Shown: positions 54,404 through 60,562 of the stretch, piece after piece
How positions within the stretch are numbered: the stretch's first letter is position 1
Layout: each line of letters opens with the position of its first letter
The notes under the pieces: generated by a model
Database searches by the model: none
What the model saw: the letters and a program-made list of their open reading frames with translations, nothing else
What the model was told of the DNA's origin: nothing
IMG/VR virus record: IMGVR_UViG_3300042938_001279
Span: 1-60,562 of that record
Source of the DNA: a virus
Taxonomy: Duplodnaviria; Caudoviricetes
Length of the DNA stretch: 60,562 nucleotides
Reading direction: 5' to 3' (one strand)
Program-made: the position numbers and the translations under genes

Positions 54404-55531
54404 TCAGGCAAGGGCCTTGAGAGCGAAGAAGTTCCTGGGGGAGCGAAACCGGAGGTTGGCCAGGGTGCTCACGACGTACTTGTAGCTCTGGTTGCCCACG
54501 TCGTAGACCGGCCCCTCGACCACGAAGAGCGTGTCTTCCATGCACCGGAGTTCGAGGTTGTCGATCGAGAGCCCGTATCCGCACCCGACCGGCACGCCAT
54601 ACTCGGTGGAAATATCCACGCCGTCCTGCTGGAAGACATCCTTGAAGCCATAGCTTCGGAGTCCCTCGTTGCTGTTGGCGAGGATTCTTTCCTTGGAGTC
54701 GAGCTTGGTCTTGTAGTCGATGAACATCCGGCGATCCACCAACACCACGTCGATCTGGCTTTCCTTGGTGTCGTTGCGCTGAGCCTGGTTGATGCCCTCG
54801 CGGACCGCGAGCGTGCAGTTGTCGAACCAGGTGTAGGAGCTGCCACCGTTCTTGAAGGCACTGGACGTGTAGTTGATGATGATCGGGGAGTAGAAGTCAT
54901 ACTCCGGGTCGGCCGTACCGTTCGGCCACGGCACGCCGGGCTGCTGCGAGCCAGCGATGGCCCCGAGTCCCGTGTTGACGGTGGCGTAGGTGTCGCTCGG
55001 CCAGCCGTACATGTCGGCCGCGTTCGCCGTGGACCGCTTGCTGCCGTCGGTGATGTTCACCGTGCCGCTGCTTGCGAGGAACGACTCCATACCGTGGAAC
55101 CGCGTCTCGTTACCAACGGCATCGCCGTCGGTGTAAATCTCCTTCGAGAGATACTGCTTGAGGCTCGTGGTGAGCCGGTTCTGCATCTTCGAGGCGACCT
55201 GCACGAGGGCCGAAGCACCCGTGTTCTCCTTGAGCTCCTTGCGGTAGATCATGTCCGTGGTCTGGTAGCCACGGTACGGGAGCTGCGCGTCCACCCAGAG
55301 GTTCTGGCGAGCGAAGATGCGGGGCGTTTCGCCGTTGTTGCCAGTCACAGGCTGGTTGCGGTACTGCACCTGCCAGTCGATCCCGCGCCCGCCCTGATTC
55401 ATCAGGACGTTGCCGGACCCTTCCAGCAGCGCGAAGATTTTGAACGACCGAAGCATCGCCAGCTCCTCCTGACGGAGGTAGTTGACGGTCGTCGTTCCGA
55501 TTGTCCGTGCCCAGTCTGTGCTCGAAGGCAT
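54404..55531 (-). CDS. major capsid protein
   Basis: 375 aa after the scaffold. IY.DG...F.G, ANL...PR C-terminus. Confidence 0.85.
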   Translation of the reverse strand: MPSSTDWARTIGTTTVNYLRQEELAMLRSFKIFALLEGSGNVLMNQGGRGIDWQVQYRNQPVTGNNGETPRIFARQNLWVDAQLPYRGYQTTDMIYRKELKENTGASALVQVASKMQNRLTTSLKQYLSKEIYTDGDAVGNETRFHGMESFLASSGTVNITDGSKRSTANAADMYGWPSDTYATVNTGLGAIAGSQQPGVPWPNGTADPEYDFYSPIIINYTSSAFKNGGSSYTWFDNCTLAVREGINQAQRNDTKESQIDVVLVDRRMFIDYKTKLDSKERILANSNEGLRSYGFKDVFQQDGVDISTEYGVPVGCGYGLSIDNLELRCMEDTLFVVEGPVYDVGNQSYKYVVSTLANLRFRSPRNFFALKALA

Positions 55532-55542
55532 GCTTCAACCTT

Positions 55543-56718
55543 TCAAAGGAGTCCGCGCTTCGCTGCCGTGTCGAGGAGCATCTGCTCGTAGCTCGCTGGC
55601 CTTGAAGCGCGTGGGTCGTTGTTGGTGGTTCCCGCCGATCGATTCGGAGACCTGGATGCTTCTCGGCGGAGGAAGTCCATGTTGGCTTGTGCTCGGGCTG
55701 CTCTTGCTGCGTCCTGGCTGGACGTGTCTTGCTGGGGCGGAACAGGGGGAGCAGGGGGGGCGAACTGTTGAGCTTGCTGTGGCTGCCGAAAGAACTCGGG
55801 TTGCTGGTCAACTTCCATTCTTGCCGCGTAGTCGCGGAGCAGAAGGTCGTGTTCCACCTTGTCTCTTGCGTACTGCCATCTCTGCTGAGGGTTTGTGATC
55901 CCCATGGATCGCCCTTGCTCGACGTATTTATGTACGGCAATAGCTTCCGTTGTCACACTTCCGTCTTCGTTGAAGAGCCAGTCCGCGTTTTCCGAACGGA
56001 TTTGGTCCACGAACGACTCGTTGTCGCGCTGCGTCATCGTCTGCTGGACGATCTCTTGGGCGATCTGCTTGGCCCGCCCTTCGACCATGGGACCCAGGGC
56101 TGCCTCCGGGTCTTCGAGGAACTTCCTGGCGAAGTCCTGTTTGAATGCCATCTGCTCTTCGAGCGACTGCCGGGCGTCGATCGGGGCGTCCGGGGAGATG
56201 ACCTCGCGTCCCGTCTCGGGATCGCGGACGAGGAACCGCTTGTGCGAGTCGCGGACTTGCGGGGGATTCCACCAGGGCTTCTTCTCCTCGGCGGGCTTGG
56301 CCCCGGGGTGCTGCGCGGCGGCGGCGGGCGGCGCCATGCGTGCCTTCTGCCACTCATCGAACTGCGGTTTGTCGGCCAGGTACTTCTGGATGTTTGGGTA
56401 GAGCTGCTGGAACTGCGTGAGCTGCTGCGATGCGGCACGCTCCCTGACCGTCGTCTGGTAGAGGGCGTGAGCGATCTGCTGCTCCGAGAGGTCCCTGAAC
56501 TGCGGCAGTTGCCGGAAGTTGTTCATCACCTCCCAGTTCGACCGCGCGGCTGCGGCGGCTTGCGGCGGCTGGCCCGGGGCGGCCTGCTGCGGAGCCCGCT
56601 GCTGAGGGGCAGAAGACTGGGGAGTTGCACCTGAATCAGATGACCCGGAGTCCTGCGATTCCGAGACATCGACATCCTGATCCACAACGTCTGCCGAACC
56701 GTCAGTGGGCATTGACAT
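55543..56718 (-). CDS. scaffolding protein
   Basis: Acidic/Gln-rich and helical, immediately upstream of the MCP, AAGGAG RBS. Confidence 0.7.
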   Translation of the reverse strand: MSMPTDGSADVVDQDVDVSESQDSGSSDSGATPQSSAPQQRAPQQAAPGQPPQAAAAARSNWEVMNNFRQLPQFRDLSEQQIAHALYQTTVRERAASQQLTQFQQLYPNIQKYLADKPQFDEWQKARMAPPAAAAQHPGAKPAEEKKPWWNPPQVRDSHKRFLVRDPETGREVISPDAPIDARQSLEEQMAFKQDFARKFLEDPEAALGPMVEGRAKQIAQEIVQQTMTQRDNESFVDQIRSENADWLFNEDGSVTTEAIAVHKYVEQGRSMGITNPQQRWQYARDKVEHDLLLRDYAARMEVDQQPEFFRQPQQAQQFAPPAPPVPPQQDTSSQDAARAARAQANMDFLRREASRSPNRSAGTTNNDPRASRPASYEQMLLDTAAKRGLL

Positions 56719-56780
56719 GAAAAGTTCTCCTTGGGTGGACGAAGATCACAACCTATGGGAGACGATCACGCAATGGTAAT

Positions 56781-58256
56781 TCACATGGGGCCGAAGCCAG
56801 ACCACTCCCTGAGCAATGGATTAAGGTCGCTCGTTGGGCTCTTTTTGGCTGGCGGCATGGTGTTCGCCTTGTAGTTGCGGCGCTGGCGCAGTCTGTCGTT
56901 CGTTTCTTTCATGTTTGCGTCATACCCCTTCATCTGTTCTTTGAACTGGTCGTCGGGTAGATAGCTTCCTTCAAGGTCAGGCCTGTTCTCTACTCCTGGT
57001 TTCATCATCTGCCCAGCCGAAGGGATCGCTGGCGACAACGCGGCGCTCGCCCCGAACGTCAGAGGCAGCGACGTGACTCCTTCCTCGACAAACTCTGAGC
57101 CGTAGCCACCAAACAGGCCGGTCAGGAGAGTGAGCGGGTCGAAGGGGGCGTCCGAGAGGGCCGAGGCCGTATTTGACCCCACCCAACTCGGGACCTGTCC
57201 TGTCTTCGCGCGGTGGTAGTCGTCAAACCCCATGCCCTGCTGCGAGTCCGAGGCGTCTGCGAGCGCCCCGCCGACAGCCTTGTGCCGCTCGTCCGCGGTC
57301 TCAGCGGGCTCGGTGAGCACCGGGGAGATGGCCCGGGACCACTGGTTGTCGAGCTGGCCCGCCGAAGCTCCCATCTGATCGGCCAGTTCCGATGGCTTGA
57401 GCAGGCTCGCCCCGAGGTTGCGGGCGAAGTCATACCCCGTAGCGGCCAGATGCCCCAGGACGTTGCTGTTCCTGGAGTTGGTGACCCACTCCGGCTCAGC
57501 CGCCGTCGGGTCCTTCGAGGTCATGGAGTGCATGAAATGCGACAGCGGGGACGATGCCGCCCCCACCATCCCGGCGGCGAACTCCGGGTTGTAGAGGGCA
57601 TCGAACTCCGCCTGCGGCGTCGAGTGGTGTTTGAAGTTCGCAGTCGCCCAGACCCCGTTGGCGCCGGGGCTGTAGGCGTGCGTGGCGTTCTCGCCGCGGT
57701 TGTAGTAGTGCAGGGCGTCTTCGATCGGCCGCCGCGCGGCACCCATCCCTGGGTTGGGAGCGAAATACTGCATCACCGACTTGAGCTCGGCGTCCTTCTC
57801 GGCGGCAGAGTCTAGGCTCCGGTCGCGGTTGGCCAACGCTTCGAGGTATTCGCGGTCGCGCATCCAGGCGTGATTCTGCTGATCACCCGGGGAAAGCTTG
57901 AACTTCTCTGGCTCGCCCTGCTCGGCCCGGTCTTCGGGAGTCCACCCGGGGCCCACTTCGCCCCGCCGCATCTGCTCACGCCACTGCGGAATCCTCTTCT
58001 TGGGGGTGTTGAAGAGCCAGTCCACGTCGTGCGGCTGCTCGGCACGCGGATCACCGACGCGAGCCAGCTTCGTCCAGTTCTCGTGGTGCAAGAACGGACT
58101 GTTTTGTGGGAAAGGACCTTGGGACTTTCCGTGATAGATGTGGTCTGCCACTTGATTGAGATGCTCAGGGCTCATGCCCAAGCCAGCTCTCTTCGCTAGG
58201 CGACCAACAACGTCACGCAGTTCCGGGAGTCCCTTCGGTTCAGACGGCGGGGGCAT
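56781..58256 (-). CDS. hypothetical late (probably virion) protein
   Basis: AGGAG RBS before ATG at 58256. Confidence 0.7.
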   Translation of the reverse strand: MPPPSEPKGLPELRDVVGRLAKRAGLGMSPEHLNQVADHIYHGKSQGPFPQNSPFLHHENWTKLARVGDPRAEQPHDVDWLFNTPKKRIPQWREQMRRGEVGPGWTPEDRAEQGEPEKFKLSPGDQQNHAWMRDREYLEALANRDRSLDSAAEKDAELKSVMQYFAPNPGMGAARRPIEDALHYYNRGENATHAYSPGANGVWATANFKHHSTPQAEFDALYNPEFAAGMVGAASSPLSHFMHSMTSKDPTAAEPEWVTNSRNSNVLGHLAATGYDFARNLGASLLKPSELADQMGASAGQLDNQWSRAISPVLTEPAETADERHKAVGGALADASDSQQGMGFDDYHRAKTGQVPSWVGSNTASALSDAPFDPLTLLTGLFGGYGSEFVEEGVTSLPLTFGASAALSPAIPSAGQMMKPGVENRPDLEGSYLPDDQFKEQMKGYDANMKETNDRLRQRRNYKANTMPPAKKSPTSDLNPLLREWSGFGPM

Positions 58257-59343
58257 CGGGCGACTCCTGGTTCGAGGCAATGTGGGGGCCGAGTTCAAGG
58301 AGGGCTTTTCGCTCTGGTGCGGTCAGGCCCTTGAGGAGCTGCTGCCAGTAGAACTGGAGCTGGTTCCATCCATGGGCCTGCTTCCCCTTCCTGGGGCCGT
58401 ATTGCATGGTCGGGTCGTCCTCGAATGGCGAGAACACCGGGGCGGGCCGGAGCTTTGTGTCAAAGTCCGGGTTCCGCTGCACGGGATCGACCGGGCGCCG
58501 AAGCATGTCGCTGAACATGTCTGCCCAGTCCTCCGGTTCCATTGGCGCCTGGCCGGTGAGGCCAAAGTTCAAAGCCCTGGTCATGGACATGTCGGCGGCA
58601 ATCTCGTTCATCTTGTTTTTGTGGCCGAGTTGCAACGCCATTGCCGCGGTCTGTCCCGGGAGCGGCGTTTCGCCGGACCTCCGCCACGCCGCCTCGATGC
58701 CTTGTTGGCCGCGAGTCTTCCCAAAGATTCCCTTCGAGGCACTGGAGTTCGCTCGCTCGTTCAGGATTCCATCGATCTCGTCCTGGTTGAGGTGGTGCCC
58801 CCATTCGTGCTCCCCGACCGCAGATATCGGGTATCCCGGCTCGAAGGAACCCATCTTCAGGGGGTTCAGTTCGATGAGATTGGGCAGGTACGATCCCATG
58901 TGGGCCGTGCTTCCGACCACCGTGTAGGCGGGCTCCCGGAGGGCGTTGTCCCTGAAGTCCTTGAAGAAGTCGCCGGACGGGGAGTCGGGGTCCATGTCGA
59001 TGTCGATCGAGGCATTGCCACCTTCGGCGTCGAGGATCGACTCACGCAACCTCCTCCACATGGCTTCCCCGAAGCGGCTCTTCTGGAACCCGTCGCCGGT
59101 TTGCCGGGCGATCTTCGCCGGGCCTGGCGGACCATACGAATCCTCGTCACCCTCATAAGACTCCCAGTCATCGAAGGAATAGAAGCCAGCATCATCTGGC
59201 TCCCCGTTCTTCCTGGAATACGAGTAGAGGCTGTCGAGCTCCTTGGCGGAAATGCCCTTGGATGGAGTGATCCTCGCCGCTGGTTGCACCGGAGCACGCA
59301 CCGGCCGGGCCAGCTTCCGGGCAACCTGATTCGGGAACGCCAT
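58240..59343 (-). CDS. late protein with zincin HExxH motif
   Basis: AVGEHEWGH, AAGGAG RBS, directly below the late promoter motif. Confidence 0.7.
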   Translation of the reverse strand: MAFPNQVARKLARPVRAPVQPAARITPSKGISAKELDSLYSYSRKNGEPDDAGFYSFDDWESYEGDEDSYGPPGPAKIARQTGDGFQKSRFGEAMWRRLRESILDAEGGNASIDIDMDPDSPSGDFFKDFRDNALREPAYTVVGSTAHMGSYLPNLIELNPLKMGSFEPGYPISAVGEHEWGHHLNQDEIDGILNERANSSASKGIFGKTRGQQGIEAAWRRSGETPLPGQTAAMALQLGHKNKMNEIAADMSMTRALNFGLTGQAPMEPEDWADMFSDMLRRPVDPVQRNPDFDTKLRPAPVFSPFEDDPTMQYGPRKGKQAHGWNQLQFYWQQLLKGLTAPERKALLELGPHIASNQESPDAPAV

Positions 59344-59365
59344 GAGGTGATCTCCTTCTTCCCCC

Positions 59366-59378
59366 ATTTATGTCGCCA
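59366..59378 (-). promoter_or_regulatory. putative late promoter TGGCGACATAAAT
   Basis: Core motif at the head of the whole late block. Confidence 0.65.
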
Positions 59379-59439
59379 CGAAGCATCGGTGTCGCAGGGG
59401 TCAATGCTTGCTGAAGGCTGGGTTCTGGGAGCTTCGCCG

Positions 59440-59810
59440 TGCTGGGGACCCCCTGTCCAGCTTGCTGGGGACCCCCTGTTGAAAACGGGAAAAAATCCTG
59501 GAGGTGAACGTGACTAGGGACCAGCATCGCCCGGGGGGGCGCGGGTGGGCCCCCTGATCCGCGGGATCGATCGCCCGAAGGTCTTGCTACGCAAGGACTT
59601 AGGTCTGCCATCATACGTTGACGGGCCGGGCCAGACCTGGAAAAACACCCTGTTTTGACGACCTCCTACACCACGCGCGGTACCCCGGGCGGGGGAGCGC
59701 AGAACTGCGTGCGGATGCGTGCGGTACTCCGCGGGGTGTTCGGTGATCGGTGGTCTGGTGGTCAGTGGTCTGGTGGTCTTCCGTGGCACCCCGCGCAGAA
59801 CTGCGTGCGG
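59440..59810. repeat. divergent non-coding region with direct/tandem repeats (candidate genome terminus/packaging region)
   Basis: TGCTGGGGACCCCCTGT x2 (59440, 59463), GCGCAGAACTGCGTGCGG x2 (59697, 59793), GTGGTCTGGTGGTC x2 (59750, 59765). Confidence 0.8.
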
Positions 59811-59829
59811 TGCTCCGCGTGCGTGTGCG

Positions 59830-59875
59830 TGATCGCGTCGTGCGCACGGCCCCTTCGGGGAAGGCCACGGGGTTT
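59830..59875 (+). repeat. early intergenic repeat element, copy A
   Basis: TGATCG...GGCCCCTTCGGGGAAGGCCACGGGGTTT. Confidence 0.85.
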
Positions 59876-59933
59876 CGATGTTGCCGTCGTCGCTTCGATG
59901 GCTGTTCGGTGTCCGCTCCCCGGAGTCTCCCCC

Positions 59934-60107
59934 ATGTCTGCGATGGTCTGTCCCCTGTGTGATGAGGTCTCTGAGAACCCGAAGGGGGAGTGCCCCGAGC
60001 AGTTCGCCTGTCAGACCTGCCGGGACAAGGTCAAGGCGAACCTGTGGAAGCCCTCGTGGGCGAAGGATGGGTCGATCGACTGGGCCTTCCGTCGCAAGCA
60101 GGCCTGA
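59934..60107 (+). CDS. small Zn-finger protein (57 aa), first early gene
   Basis: GGAG RBS, CPLC and CQTC motifs. Confidence 0.7.
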   Translation: MSAMVCPLCDEVSENPKGECPEQFACQTCRDKVKANLWKPSWAKDGSIDWAFRRKQA

Positions 60108-60159
60108 TCGATCGGTCGTGTGTGTGTGCGTGGCCCCTTCGGGGTAGGCCACGGGTTTT
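60105..60159 (+). repeat. early intergenic repeat element, copy B
   Basis: TGATCGATCG...CGTGGCCCCTTCGGGGTAGGCCACGGGTTTT. Confidence 0.9.
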
Positions 60160-60224
60160 CAGTGTCGCCGTCGGTTGTTGCCGATGGTCGTTCGGTTCGG
60201 TTCTCTCACGCAAAGGTTTCTCAC

Positions 60225-60562
60225 ATGGCTGCTACTCTCGACATGGTCAAGCTGATGGGTCTCCCGGTCGCTGCTCTGGAGGGCATGAAGTCCGTCTTCG
60301 ACGGTGACAACCTCAAGCTCATCGAGGCCGCTCTGGCGGTCCACACGGCGAAGCCGGGCAAGGCCAAGGCCAAGGCCGCTCCTCCGAAGGAGGAGGAGGA
60401 GGCTGAGTTCATCCCGGAGCCGGAGGCTCCCAAGGCCAAGGCCAAGGCCAAGGCTGCTCCGGCAAAGCCGGTCGCTCCGCCGGTCGCTCCCCCGAAGGTC
60501 TATGTCCAGCGGGTCGAAATCTACCGGGGTCGGGCCCGGATCAAGGCTGTGACTCGTGACCA
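60225..60562 (+). CDS. 5' part of junction-spanning 150-aa protein (continues to 242)
   Basis: AAAGG RBS, MAATLDMVKLMG..., no stop before the window end. Confidence 0.8.
   Translation, partial: MAATLDMVKLMGLPVAALEGMKSVFDGDNLKLIEAALAVHTAKPGKAKAKAAPPKEEEEAEFIPEPEAPKAKAKAKAAPAKPVAPPVAPPKVYVQRVEIYRGRARIKAVTRD

Noticed and set aside
59514-60152. ORFs across the repeat-rich control region (59514-60152, 59611-59868, 59655-59933)
   Set aside because: The translations merely mirror the DNA repeats, have no RBS and cross the repeat elements.
1-60562. Stop-codon reassignment
   Set aside because: Genes tile densely under code 11. TAG, TGA and TAA all end genes at sensible positions, and there is no suppressor tRNA.

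Overview
The window is an apparently complete, circularly assembled genome of a GC-rich tailed dsDNA phage (60,435 bp unique). Bases 1-127 equal 60436-60562, which looks like an assembler k-mer overlap. The tail and ejection genes and the lack of a tape measure or sheath suggest a podovirus. A Planctomycetota-like host is a tentative inference. There are three blocks. (1) A + strand early/accessory region (59934, through the junction, to 13021) holds small gene cassettes separated by two families of repeated hairpin elements, a DUF3150-like/MoxR AAA+/vWA-metallopeptidase module, a LexA-type HTH and a serine recombinase. (2) A - strand middle block (21276 to 12893) holds ExoVIII-like and ERF recombination proteins, an SF2 helicase, HNH, a Holliday-junction resolvase, a dATP/dGTP diphosphohydrolase-like protein and a sigma factor. 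I recognise no DNA polymerase, primase or methyltransferase. (3) A - strand late block (59343 to 21382) holds scaffold, capsid, a tRNA-Met(CAT), a membrane/peptidase cluster, terminase, portal, tail and ejection proteins. The most notable unexplained signals are a ~300-nt nested, end-paired structured RNA candidate in the replication block, a five-copy GATC + CCCC-TTC-GGGG hairpin element abutting early gene stop codons, strong GCGC/CGCG depletion confined to the early region, a four-copy late promoter motif (GCGACATAAA) that could be read by the phage sigma factor, and a putative lysis cassette built on a membrane-anchored papain-like protease instead of a canonical endolysin. All product calls come from reading motifs and context by eye. 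No database searches were run.
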